Assembly (NCBI GenBank): GCA_000934665.2
Contig: JYFJ02000564.1
Coordinates: 1-64,000, forward strand
Direction: 5' to 3'
DNA length: 64,000 nt
Origin: Catajapyx aquilonaris
Taxonomy: Eukaryota
This document shows, in pieces, positions 1 to 12,839 of this stretch; the first letter of the stretch is position 1, and each line of letters begins with the position of its first letter. The notes under the pieces were generated by a model that did not search any database, was not told the DNA's origin, and saw only the letters and a program-made list of their open reading frames with translations. A program made the position numbers and the translations under genes.

Positions 1-78
1 CCCCCCCCCCCAACGCTCGAACCTTATGGACTCTCCTTGTAGCTTCCTGTCTCTCCTGCGACGATTAGTGCCCCTCTG

Positions 79-236
79 CCATCATATGTAAGAAGACCGT
101 AACTCAAAAACTAGTAAGGGTGAAAGTCGCATGCATCAGATTGCATGCCCTGCACTAATCCCCTCTGAGCCAGGGGGGGATGTATACGACTTTCACCCTT
201 ACTAGTTTTTGAGTTACGGTCTTCTTACATCTGATG
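79..236. mobile_element. Short palindromic MITE-like element (about 58-bp arms)
   Basis: ccatcatatgtaagaagaccgtaactcaaaaactagtaagggtgaaagtcg (79-) is the near-perfect reverse complement of cgactttcacccttactagtttttgagttacggtcttcttacatctgatgg (-236); no clean target-site duplication seen. Confidence 0.75.
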
Positions 237-731
237 GGAGCTCTGGCGACAACCCCAACAAACTTGTTTATGTATGCAGCAGAGGAGAGCTAGGATTCGA
301 CATGTATAGGCATACGCTTCTGCATCCGTATGGCCTCAAAAATAGTTCAATCGAGACAGAAATTGCATCAAAATTTTTTAGACGATCTGACGCAGGGCAC
401 CTACATCGACTTTTTCTCCGTTTTCGGCCTAGAAGTGACCTTACCGGCTAGGCGAAGTGACAGGAAAACGAATTTCACGATTTTAATGCAATCGTGTCGA
501 ATATGGTACCCGGCCATAGTAAAGCCCAAACCTTTGCGCAGGGCACCTATATTGTGTTTTTCCGGATTAACGAAAAAAAAAAATCCCTCCGGAATACGTT
601 CTACTGTATTTTTGCTACTGCGCTCCCTGATTCGTACAAATTTTTCCACCAAATACTTGAAAATTATAGTGTATAATCGAGATATGTATTGGTGATCCAG
701 AATTAACAGCATGAATATTTCAGTCAAAATA

Positions 732-1234
732 CAGGGCGACTCTAAAGGCCATTTCACAAAAAAAAGTCGCTCGGCAAACGGCGCGACTTGCGGCAAATTT
801 TTTATTTATATTTATTATTGCCAACAATTGGCAACAATAAATATAAATAAAAAATTTGCCGCAAGTCGCGCTGTTTGCCGCGCGACATTTTTTTGTGAAA
901 TGGCCTTAAGGTCTGGATACATATTATGTACAGTACAATACATACACTGTATGTTGCAATTGGATTGCGTTGTTGGTTTCCAGTTATGCCAACTCTAACT
1001 GCGCCAAATCATCCTTAAAGGTGCGTTTACATGTGAGTGATTTTATTGTGCGATGTTACCACTGAACAATAACATCGCTGAGTAACCTGAGTTCCGATTG
1101 TTACCGTAATTGTTACTTTCGCTCCAAACAATTGGATTAATCGCTCTGCGGACATCGCGCAATCAAATCGCTCACATGTAAATGCACTACTGGAAACCCA
1201 ATTACCTATGTGTCCTGACTTTAGAGCCACCCTG
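732..1234. mobile_element. Tc1/mariner-type MITE (TA-CAGGG...CCCTG-TA) whose left TIR is interrupted by another MITE
   Basis: Removing 746-909 restores tacagggcgactctaaggtctggatacata, matching the reverse complement of the right end tatgtgtcctgactttagagccaccctgta; TA on both flanks. Confidence 0.75.
746..906. mobile_element. PIF/Harbinger-type palindromic MITE with TAA target-site duplication
   Basis: aggccatttcacaaaaaaaagtcgc...gcgacattttttttgtgaaatggcct forms an almost full-length hairpin; TAA at 743-745 and 907-909. Confidence 0.85.
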
Positions 1235-1337
1235 TATATGTACAGTACCCTACTAACTAGGATCTGAATTCCTGTAGGCTAATTTTGTCACATTGAGCCT
1301 CATTATGGCCAGATGAATCAGAAATAATACCTGCCGT

Positions 1338-1377
<40 letters not shown>
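1338..1377. repeat. (AAC)n microsatellite, probable 3' tail of the adjacent SINE-like element
   Basis: About 13 perfect AAC units read directly. Confidence 0.95.
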
Positions 1378-1642
1378 TGATGTAGACCTCCTGTGAGGTA
1401 TTGCGTGCTGACTATCCCTTTGTTTTGTTGCAGCACCTTGGCATGTGAGTGTGGGGGAGGTTCCCAAGGGAGGGTGCTCTGGAAAGCCATATCTTATTTT
1501 CTCTTGGCCTGGGGTGGATAAGGGAGTGCAATTCAGCCCAGACAAGACCTGACCAAGGGAAGGTGACAGGGACATGATTTTATCCCCAAATCTGCTTGGC
1601 TGGCTGGTACCATAACCACTAGAACTAGACCACCTTGCCCCC
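1338..1642 (-). mobile_element. Putative tRNA-derived SINE with (GTT)n tail
   Basis: Minus strand starts with a Pol III A-box-like GGTGGTCTAGTTCTAGTGGTTA and ends about 270 nt later in the (GTT)n tract; B box is not clearly preserved. Confidence 0.45.
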
Positions 1643-1774
1643 TTATTGGCTATATTATGATGCCACCAATTATGTTATAATATCTTGCTGTTTTAACAAA
1701 ATAATTACAGTACGTATTTATGATTGAGAATTTTATAATAAAATTAATGTGACAGTCATTTTAAAATTTGGATC

Positions 1775-2975
1775 TCCTTTCTAATAACTAATAAGATACT
1801 GGTATTACTAAAAACATGCAGCAAAATATGGGTATGATAATGATGTATAGATTAATGATTCAAGACCATATGGTTTTCACTCCCCTGTATTGCTCTTGTT
1901 ATCACAAAATTAACATTAAAAAGATCTTAAAAAATGGAGCAATACAAATACACCTCTTAGTTGTCACCTATAATACAAAAAATCATTTAGAGCCAGTTAT
2001 TTATGCATATCTCAATGATTCAGAGATAACTAACCTTCTAGGGTGAATCACAGGGAATCAGAGGAGCCCTTACTGTGTAGAGGCATCATTTGGGCTATGC
2101 ATTCTCAATCAATATTCATAAGTAGTTAATAAAAGTGTTCATTATATGGCGTCACCCATATGATAATGCTCAAGACACTTGCATTGCCCAGTAACTGCTG
2201 CTAAGCTCGCACCGAGACGGCAGTTTCGATTCAAATTGCATGATAACACATTTTATGTTAAAATATCAAGGGCATGTGTAGGGGTGCATACCTGCCAGGA
2301 TATTTTACACAGTTTTGAATGTGATTGAAGACCATTGTTGTAGTAATGACAAGGCAACACTGACCAATTATATGTAACACCTCTACATAACTTATAATCC
2401 ACTGATTCCCATAAGTTGCCCTAGAAGATTTTGTCTGAATAGCTATGCACACCCTACACAAACTATGCATACCATGCTCATTGTGCACAAACATTTGGGT
2501 TGACTACCAACATACAGTATACTTGGATGTTTACAGGAAAAATCAAACCGTAATCTGTGTGTACATAGTATGTAATGTCAGGATCAGTTCATCAATACAT
2601 AAAGGCACTTCTTGCAGGTGTGATGGACCAAAACAGGATCAATAATCACACCATCATTTTTGTTGCAATGCATGGGAAACTGCCTTGATGCGATATATGT
2701 TTCATCAACAAGAGATTGTTCAATCTGAATCATTGAGAAATGCATGAATAACTGGCTCTAAATGATTTCTTGTATTATACGTAACAACTAAGAGGTGTAT
2801 TTGTATTGCTCCATTTTTTAATATCCTTTTAATGTTAATTTGGTGACAACATTGATGAGCAATACAGGGCAGTGAAAACCATAATATTGTCTTGAATCAT
2901 TAAACTGTACATCATTATCGTACCCATATTTAGCTGTATGTTTTTATTAATACAGTATCTTATTAGAAGGGATAT
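1775..2975. mobile_element. Non-autonomous foldback/TIR element with about 240-bp inverted arms
   Basis: About 1789-2023 (taataagatact...aaaaatggagcaatacaaatacacctcttagttg...ctcaatgattcaga) is the diverged reverse complement of about 2724-2970; no transposase ORF between. Boundaries approximate. Confidence 0.75.
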
Positions 2976-3625
2976 CTTGAATCTCCAGAAGCAGGCTACT
3001 TAGTAGACACTTAGCAGGAGGGCAAAAACACACCCAAACTATCTGAATTTGAAAGAGTAAAAACAATTGCCCTCGCATGGTGCGCTTATTTAGTGCCTGG
3101 CTAATTTTGGGAGGCGACCTCTTGCATATTCAAGATAGAGTGATAAACTTAGAGTAGCCTATACATCACTGTGTCAGTTAGTCATTTAATTGCTGTTTGT
3201 ATGCACACACTTATACTACCTGCTGCACTCTGCTGCAGTGTTTCACAACGGACTCATCCCTCGACTCATATCCTCCTGGACGCAGTGTGCAGCTCCACAT
3301 GTCATTATGGCTGGCTGGTACAGCGCACTGCTGGAAATATGTGAATTACCAGTACATGTTCAAAACTACTGTAATGGGTAAAAGCTGTAACTTACTGTGC
3401 ATGGCTGTGTATACCAGTAATTAATAGACAAATAATGCCAACTGATGATTAAAAGGAAGCTGATTGACAGCAAGGATTGACAGTGTTAAAAATTCTAAAT
3501 CCTATAAAAACATAAATTTATTATGTCGATTTTATGTTAACCTTCTGCATCCAACCTTGAAACAAAAACAGTATAAAATGGTTTTTAAAACGCTTTTGTT
3601 TGTTGGAGTTGGAGAGGGCGCCAAA

Positions 3626-3974
3626 TGTCGATGCCCGACCCTTGGTGCCACCAGGCGGAGAACGACGCAACTCCCAAGGCTCTTCTTGCCGTGCCAGCGT
3701 TGGAAACACACCTCGTACGGTGCTCCGCCCATTGTGACGCACAGTGTGACGTATTTCCAACCCCTGGTGGAGGGGGATTCGTCCTCAGGTGGTGTCTCTG
3801 GTTGTTTGGAGCGCAGTTCAGTTTGGTCTCGGATGAAGGTTGGGCCAAGAAGTGCGTGCGGAGGGGCTCCTCGTGTCCTGTCTCCCGCCTGGCATCTGGA
3901 GACACCCACTCGGCACTGAGGGCGACAACCCCCTAAGCCACCCAGGGCCTCCACTCCAGGTCAGGACATTCGCA
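3626..3974 (-). repeat. 3' LTR of the Gypsy element
   Basis: TG...CA ends with short terminal inverted repeats (tgtcgatgcccgacc / ggtcaggacattcgca); on the minus strand it is directly preceded by a polypurine tract GAAAGAGAGA (3975-3984). Confidence 0.65.
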
Positions 3975-6900
3975 TCTCTCTTTCAGAACCTAAAAGTCGA
4001 GGAGCGGGCTGTCAAATGACACGTGCAGCAGATGTTGGTACGGGTTGACCTCGAGGCTAAATTAATGGACCGCATCAGGAGTTAGCAAGGCGAGGCAATT
4101 GCCTGACCAGGATCATTGGTCCATTTACCCCATCATTAGTTGCTAAACTACTTGCCAACTATAGTAGTGACAACGCACTTCCATAGGCAGCACCTGCAAC
4201 AAAAGTTCAGTCAGGTTGACATTTCCCTCTTGGTCGAGCTGTGATGAAAGATTGATATGTTAGTCCGCCCATAATAAAATGAGCGAAGACAGGAAGGGGT
4301 GCATTAGACTCCAGCAGTGTTCAAACCTCGGAGTACCGGGTAGTGTCCAGCCAAGTTCCTCATTAGGTCGGGCCTACGTTGACAATTAGACGAAGAAAGA
4401 GTCCATCGAGAAAGAAGCAATTTAATGCAAGTGTGTGGTAATGGGGCGTATTGCATCGTCTGACACAGTATCAGTGAAGGGCCTCCGTACAGTATATTCT
4501 GCTTTTGTGATGGTGACGAAAGCCACACGCCGCAACCACTTGCGAAACACAGATTTAGCTCTTGGGACCTGCGGATGAATTAGAAAGCGGCTGTCTATTT
4601 GACTTTCGTTATATCGTGTTACAAACGGCAGTGCCCAGCAATTTTTGGTGCCATTCAACGATAACCATAACAAAGGTGTCCAATGGAGAGATTGCGAAAA
4701 CTTCTCGTGCATCATTAATGACGCTACAGTGTTCGGAGCTAATGAAAAGATAGATAACATTCACCAATAGAGTCCCCCAAAAGATTTATCGACCTTCCAA
4801 GGATCAATTATACAATTGAGTGGGCAGGCTAATTAACCTGAGCATAGGAATCACAATTACTGACGAAAGTGTCATGCATTATCGGTGCGCCACTGCGGAT
4901 ATTACATTTACCCAGTCACTCTTTGACGTATAATAAACATGGCGTGCCATTTTTTTTGAATGCAGGTTGAGCTAATGGTCTAGTTATATAAGGAGGTGAG
5001 AAAAAACTAGGATGATGAAGAAGGCCAGTGGGGGATGGTCATATGATCGTGTGAGGTAGGCTCCCATGGCCCTCCCCATTGCATGTCAAATTTTCGCGTT
5101 TCCTCAGATTCTTTGAGACCACCTCTGATGTTACGACGATGCACACGCAAATAATACATCTCATTGTCGCACAAAATTTCAAGCACAGCATCCCAATGAA
5201 ACAAGAATAATATGTCGTGGAATGTGCGACACCCGACTACGATGTCCAGGAAAGTGCATCCTTACCTTGGAAACCAGATAAGCCGAAGCGCGTCAGTTAC
5301 CAAGGAGATGCTTGCGTCAAGCTTTTCAGCAAATTGTCCCTGTTATCGCGCGTTTTGCCGCCATGAATTATTTCGAGCGACAGAAACCTATGGGGATTGA
5401 AAGGAACGGAAGCGAGGCTCTTTTGACCATTGTTGCGTGTCAAAAGATGTGGCTGAGCCGCATTCCTGAGTCGTGTTGACGGCATAAGGTCAGCGGGGCC
5501 CCCAACCAAAAAATCCTCTCCCTAAAAATGGGTGCTGGCCATAGGATAATCAGACTGCATTCCAGGCACTTTTGCAGTTGGCTGGAGAGCAATTGAAGAG
5601 AGGAAGGGCATGGGAATGGAAATAGGTAGCGTCTTTGAACACGAGGCCGCTGCCGGATGGGAAGAAAAAGATGAAGGGAAAAAAATACAGGAAAATAGAC
5701 AAAAGAAGTGTGAATGGAGTTCCCCGTGAAGGAGGAGCCTGCGACCTTCCTGTTGGATGGCCCTTTCATCACACATCGATACAGGTTTCGTTCGGTGGTA
5801 CTTTGGAATGGACACCTTTGTTCAATTATGGAAACTTGGTCCTTTTGCCTGAGCACCGAGGTGACGTGACAGAGGACGTCGATTTTTATTATACTGTATA
5901 TGGATCTGATTGTTTGTCCTAGAAAAAATTGTGGACTTACCACATTAATCTTCACTTCAAATTCTGAATGCATGGCAGCATATCAGATGAGATGCCGTAA
6001 TAAGGAAACAGTTTCGGCAACTGCCTGCATTTAGGCTGACTGAATATTATGTAACAGGTGTCACTCTTCATGCGTGCACATAGTGCACGAAAAAGGCTCA
6101 GGGTGATGTGCAACACACCGGACATGCCTGAATATATAACCCTATCGATTTTGAGACGTATCAATAAGTGATGTGAGGAGCCCAAGCAGAAGAGGAGGAC
6201 AACGTGCTTTGGGAGAAGGATCCATCCGAAAGTAGTGACCATGATGGCGTCACATCCTGCCCCACGCCAATCAAAAAAGGTCGGCCAGGCAAATTCGATC
6301 CATATCGTGACGAGGTCAGCCCCTGGAGGGTGCTTTTCTGCCCCAGTGTCATCTTACAGCACGAAGCACGTGCCCTGCCAGTATTATTTCTCCTGGTGGC
6401 GTAAGCACATCGGTTTACTAAATGCCGCCCATCTGGATCGTACAACAAAAAATACGTAAGCTTAGTTCAAACAAACAGCATTGCGCAAATACAGGGTAAG
6501 ATATCCTCGTCATGTAATTGCGCTGCCGGCATGGGGTTCAATATAAATTGCGACGCCAGCAGACGATGCTGGTGAATTAGTAATGGCCGGTTGAATAAGT
6601 CATAACACCAGGATAGGAGAAGCAAGTATAGGCGAAAATTACGATCGAACGGTTTTATCTATTGGGTCGTATAGGGTGTGTGCATATACTATTTGTAGTG
6701 TGCAGACACTGTCTGGAAGGATTGGATGAATAATGCAGGAATTGTACCGTAATTATCAGGTGTCAATGCCTTGAGCCTGGGATGGTAGTCTCCCGGCACT
6801 TGAGGCGTTACTGGAAAACTTGGCGTAATTGATGGGTGTGCCCGATGGTGAAAGTTGTGCTCCGGAGGGTACGATGATTTTGTGCTCCCTGGAACAGTTT

Positions 6901-9900
6901 TGAGTGGAAATTACCGTACTCTGCGCCAATAATCGTTTGTGGATGGGCTCGATTCGATAGTTTGAAGCCTTCACCCGGTGACATTTGTATGCCACCCCTG
7001 GTTTTCCAGTCTCAATTGTTTCCAGCGTGTGCAACCAAGTAAAATGGGGCTGCTGGTATGTATCCAAGGTTAGTTTGGCGAAATTTGAAAACGTCAAATT
7101 AAAGGTAACAATCGCAGGTTGTCCTTGACGGCGGTTGTAAAAGGTCTTTCCACATACCTAGGTGCTATGCAAATGAATGCAAATGAGTTAGGAAATGTCA
7201 CATTTTCTTTCCATGGAATCAGCCCTGAATAATCTGAAATATAGATGTGACCTAGTAGCCTACTGGATAGGTGGGTGGGCCTGGAGCTTCCAGTGCTATA
7301 CGGTGGCCTTCCAAAAAGTGCTATAGGGCTTTTCCAGAGCATCGATCGGCCTCCATCCCGACTGCGTATATACCAGGGGCTTCCAGCTGCTGATGCTGGA
7401 CCAATCTGCACGACCTTGGGCTCCAGAGGCCAAGGTTTCTCCCGGAGACTGCAAAAGCTCAATATCTTCCTTTTTGGCCCCTCCTACTCACCTACTTTTC
7501 CAGGGCTCACAAACACCTCCAGGACAGAATTAGTCCATTGATTGGGCCATCTCAAAGGGGCAGACGAGTGACTTAATTGTTGTCATGCGATTAGGCGAAT
7601 AATGGAGGCGAGGTCATTTGTACCTAGGGGACATTGTATCCGGCGATTGGTTTCCGGAGAGCTCATTTACAGGTATTAATAAACGCTGATCGATGCAACC
7701 GGATTGTGATTTTAAATATCAGTTGGGTGCCTGGTTAATTGATTTGCGCTAACTAGGCGGGTCTTAATAATCCTTGGGGCCATTGTCGACAGGAAGATTA
7801 ATCACATTCTAGCTTTTTGAACACCAAATTTGGACCGTTCTAGGAATTCTTCAGGTAGCGGTATTGGCTGCACCGTTACTTTTTGAAGGAGAGATTTCCG
7901 ATACCAGCAGACTTGCCTTGAGAAGGCGACACCTGGACATGCCTTGATTCGACCCAAAAATTACGCCAACCCGGGACAATGTTTGAGCAGTACAGTAATA
8001 CGAACAATGCTTGTTTGTGGTGTCACACGGTCGAGCGACTGAAGCAACTCGACACCCATGGCCACCAGTGTGAGAACCTCGAAAAGCACTAAAACATTAC
8101 ACCACTCGAACTCTTGAAGTCTCGGAAGTCGTAAATAATTAGGGATGTTACCGGGCAAAAACACGGGTGGTTTTACACCACGTAACAAGTTGGTCGACCC
8201 GAAGTCACGTGCCTTTTAAGCCGCACGAGGTTTATTATTAGAGGAAAAGGAGCTGGACGGTGGTATATACAGATTAGTATCGTAGTAGTGCCGAGAGGGG
8301 TTTATTTTCTGTGGAGCAATTTCCTTCACACGCGAGAGCATTTTCCGCCCTTGACCGTGTTTTCAGTAGGTTGACATTGCAGATATGTCATCAAATTTCC
8401 GGCGACCGACATTTTGTCTCTGGGTGGACTGGATTCAAAAATTGATGGGTAAGAATTGATTGAGGGCAAGGAGCATCTTTTGCGTGGTAGAAGGCCATTA
8501 CGGGTCACCTAGTGCAATAAACTCGATTGGCAGCAGCCTTGGTTGCTTTTTTCAGGTACAGGTACCGTGATGAGTGGCACGCATCTCTGTGTATGTTTCT
8601 CACGGGACCTTACAGAACAAAGAGGGCTAATAATAATTTTAAGCGAATTATCCACGGAAGATGAGTAATCTGGGAGCTTGTTGGAATTAAGTGAGTAAAT
8701 GGACAGAATACGTAGACACTTGAAGGGCAAGAATTTCTAGAGGATATGACCATACGAGGACACCACTGGTTTCCCGTGTATTCTGCTGCACGTAAATCGT
8801 GGTTGCTGACTCACGGAGACCGGATGGTGAACGTGACCTTCCAAATAGGATTTCTCTAGTTCTGCTCCATTGGTATACCGCTTTTGATCTCGTGATTTTA
8901 GATTGAGACTCGAGTCTGTTGCCTTTCACCTGGTTGGGTGAACCGCCGTGGGAAAAATCAGGTAGCGTACCGGACAACTCATGTCTGGCATTGGTTAACC
9001 GCTTCACTGTTTTCCCCCCAAAAATGGTGGACCAAGTGTCTCGTGTCCCAGCTGAGATTTGCTATGAATACTCGAGGAGATAGATGGCGGCTGTATTAGA
9101 GACTCGATACGGCGGAGTTTTAATAAATAAAAAATTCGGGCGCAGGTCTTGAATGACAAAAATGTCCTTTATATCCGCTTTGATCTTTATGAATTACAGG
9201 CGGCCTGGATTACCTCCATGCTTTATGGGGAAACGTGCTTATATTCAGGTTATACTTTTAAGACTGGTCTTATTTTGCTGGTTACCTGGAAGCAGTCATA
9301 TATTTCGATGAATACCGCGGCATCCACCATTTAAAGGAATTCCAGCAAATTGTTACAAATTGCTGCATCGGAATGGTGATTTGGCACGAAAACGGAGAAA
9401 ATCGCGTGCCTGTATTTATAGGAATTGTTGAAGAGCTTTGGCTAAACAAAACGCTGTTTGGTAACGTTGATTTGAAAACTTTTAAAGACGTGCACTCGTG
9501 CATTGTGCAAAGTTATTAGAAAATTACGAGAAAGTTCCATTATTTCGGGCAATTAATAATTGGCTTTAATCTGAAACTGAACCATAAGTGAGCGCACAGT
9601 ATGCATAAGGATTTTCAGTCACGATTATTGAACACAACGTAGCAATTACAGACGAAGTGGGATGCACGTAAATGTTGGTTGCGCAGCATGAGACGAGGAC
9701 CCTAGTCTCTACGAGAAGTTTCACTTTTATAGCCAGATTGTTAGTAGTCTTAGCCAACCTCATCTTCACTTTCGGCACGTATTTTAAAGCCAGGTCCGTC
9801 AAAACAGAAAGGGAGGCTCTGTGCCATTTTAGTAATTGCACTTTTATGACGAAATTTTCTGAGAAAACAAAGAAGGCAAATTCCAGTAGTGGCCTAAAAA

Positions 9901-9979
9901 CCCGAAAGGAAAATCAGTCAACAAAGACGAAGGAAGCTGAACAAAGATTTTTTATACATTTTCCAGTCTGCGGGCAGAT

Positions 9980-10325
9980 ATACTATACTGTGTGCCGGCA
10001 GGCGGCAAGACACAATGCTCTACTTAGTACACCCTCGTAAAACGATGCTCCGTTACGCATAACCTGAAAATACAAGTGAAAGTGAACCCCCATGAAGGTC
10101 GCGGTGCTCTTGAATTGCGTTGTCTGCACAAGAAGCAGAAGAAAACCTTAGTTGTTGTGCAAGGTACACGATTGCTGCAGGGGGTGGGATGAGTTAGGTT
10201 GCATTTATTTGTAGGCGTTGTTGCCAGATGAGCCGTCGTGGTTTATTCCGGAGCGATTTCCTCCCAGTCTCGTCAATAAGTAATGGGAAGCAAGCGCACG
10301 CGATCAGATTCACGAAACTTCCGCA
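9980..10325 (-). repeat. Diverged candidate 5' LTR of the Gypsy element
   Basis: Patchy collinear similarity to 3626-3974 (gtgccggcaggcggcaagacacaa vs gtgccaccaggcggagaacgacgcaa; acaccctcgtaaaacgatgctccg vs acacacctcgtacggtgctccg; both end in cgca). Boundaries approximate. Confidence 0.45.
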
Positions 10326-12839
10326 TTCTCATGAGCTGTCGTTCTATGGAAGTCCCCCCCCCCCCCNCCCCCCCCCCCCACTCCTTCTATAGACTGCACA
10401 TAATATGGAACAGGCACAAAGCCATCAGTGGGATTGGTAAATCGCAGAGACTTCCTCACCAATTAGTGCTCATTATCGGGATGTTTCAGTCAGGAGGGCA
10501 ATTTTGGGCCAGCATGCACAAATATTGCGATTGAAATCTGGGGTTAGTGCTTTTTTGATATAAAAAGAGCAAGGGACTGGCGTATATTTGATGGGCATAT
10601 GAAATTAATCTATAGTAATGGGTGCAAAAAAAAGAACACGGAGTTATTTTTCAATTGTTGAATATTATGTATTCTGTGTATATGTACAATGTTGCGGATT
10701 GGAAAATGTAGTAAGGCCTACTAATAAATAAGGATTGCAGTCAAGCTACAGCAAATGGGCCGTACCTAATTTGTGAGCTCTATTAGTAAATTAGCAATTA
10801 TAATAGGGGAGACTATATATGCAAAGAGAAGTGGAGGGCGTATGCATTATGTGTATTCTTGTCATTTACGTGGGTTTAAATGAACTGCTTGCTTTCACGC
10901 AATAAAAATGGGTGCGATGTGCACTAATATGTCCCCGGGAGAAATTTAAAGGCAGCTATAACTTTGGCGCTACAAAGTTATGATTTGAGAATAGCGTGTG
11001 GCAAGTTTCGTGTGTGCAGTGTATATTTTGAGAGGTGTCGAAGGAAGTATCGTACTTGAACCACACACGTGTTATAAGAGCATTTTCTTAAGGATGTTGA
11101 CTGGGGAATGAGACATGCAATGTTTTCAAGGAATAAATAAAATGAATGAGTGCACTTACTAGGACGCAAAGGCGGAAAAATGCGGTAAATGTCGCCATAC
11201 TCGAATGCGCAAGTATTTAAAAATAGGAATCTTGGCTCTCTTTGGCAGGAAAAAAGTGTAGTTGGTCCATCAGCTGAGTCGAGGAAAATAAAAAGTTGGC
11301 ATATGCTTGCAGGAAAGTAAGCAAAAATATGGGCTTATCTTTTCCTGCATTATGCAGCATGTATTACTGAAAAACAAGAAAACTTACATCCTGGGTTACA
11401 CGACTGTATCATGTTGACATGCGCAAAATAAAACATGAAGCTTGTGACGAAAATGTTACTTCATATAAGTATGCATATGAAAGCTGCTATAAGGTTGCAC
11501 AAACATTCGGATTTTTTTTGTGGCTATAATGTTGAAAAATTTGATTTTGGTATTTCAGGCATATAACTAACGTAACATTAATTGATCATGTAATATACAA
11601 ATGACTTAAATTTTCAAGAAATCTGCACAGATGTTCTCTGAGGCCTTACATAATGCAAGAATAAATTTTGCGAACTCGCTGGCAAAACATCAATTTCCGG
11701 CTAGTAGCCATGTGGAGGGTTTTGTGTGCAGATCGTCGTCGAAAATTATCGATTTGCGAATGGCAGTGCGTGTGGAGCCTTTTATTTTCCATTTTTTTGT
11801 GGGGGTATAGGTGAAGGGGGTGGGGACACGCACGAAGAGGCTAACAGGTGCGTGCCGGGTTCTAAGCGCTATGGAAACCATGGCTGACCCCCCCNTTCAA
11901 TGCAGGCCCGCTGCTCTATGGCCTGATATACGCTGCCCAAGGACGGGCATTGACTTCGCTCACCAGAACACTTGCATATTGGCCGAGTGTCCGGTTGCGG
12001 TTTTGCCAGAAGTTTATCACGATGTGTCATTTCCGAACTTGTCACACCAGTACATAGTATGCACCATGACATTTAATAACCAGTACTGACATATCAGCAA
12101 TTTTGATAAAAATTAAATGACTCGTATGAGCGAACTTTTCACTGCGTGGAATAAACAGGTTAAAACTATTGTGTACTGGTACCTGGCGCTTACATCAGAG
12201 TGAGAAGGAAAAATGTATGGTTGTGTCAAAGCGAGCGTGACGTGAATCCCGGCCAGCCATAACTTAGATCCTAGATACAAGTTGCGTTTTCCTGAACAGC
12301 TTATTTGATTTTCTCAGATTTGCATTCGGCTGTCACCTCGCACTGCTGAATACAGGTGTTGAATAAGCTTCAGGTAAATGCTACCAAGGGTGGCATAACA
12401 ACAAGCAGGTCAGTGTTGCCATGGACCTATTTATTTCATTATTTTCAAACCGAAATAATTGCATTGGATGAATATTTTTTTGTGTGTGTGTAGCTTGCAC
12501 ATTTCCATGAGAAACTACAGCGAACTAACTCTAAAACCTGAACCACCATGTGTATGCAGACTGTCACTCACTGTTCCCCCAACCCCCGATAGAAAAAGAA
12601 AAAAAAAGTTGTTCCGAGGTTGAATGAGAGCGTGTCCCCACAGTGCGTTACAAATTTCCCCAAGTGTGACCTTCACGCGGAGTTAGATGTGCAAAATAGC
12701 GGGCGTGCCGGCTCCTGCAATGGGCCAGGCCAGTTTGGGACAGGATCCCCAACGAAGCACAATTTTTGGGGACAACCAAATGTGACAATCTTCTTCTTTC
12801 CCAGGTGTCTCCCGAGGTTGATCTTCCACCACAAGCACA

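Larger units (their letters stand above)
3626..10325 (-). mobile_element. Highly degenerate Ty3/Gypsy LTR retrotransposon (gag-PR-RT-RNase H-insert-integrase order)
   Basis: Minus-strand motif remnants in the correct order: CCHC-like CTR*-RNGLLPRKRC (~8500), protease ALL/DT (~8285) and VAMGVELLQ (~8060), RT IGPASAAGSPWYIRSRDGGRSML (~7380) and FAFICIAPRYVERPF (~7160), RNase H CAYATRR and LPGRPFLI (~6400-6270), integrase Zn-finger IFWGTLLVNVIYLFISSEHC (~4760). LTR-like flanks and a PPT. Many stops and frameshifts. Confidence 0.7.

Noticed and set aside
1257..1575. Poly-Val and poly-Cys ORFs
   Set aside because: Translations of the (AAC)n microsatellite.
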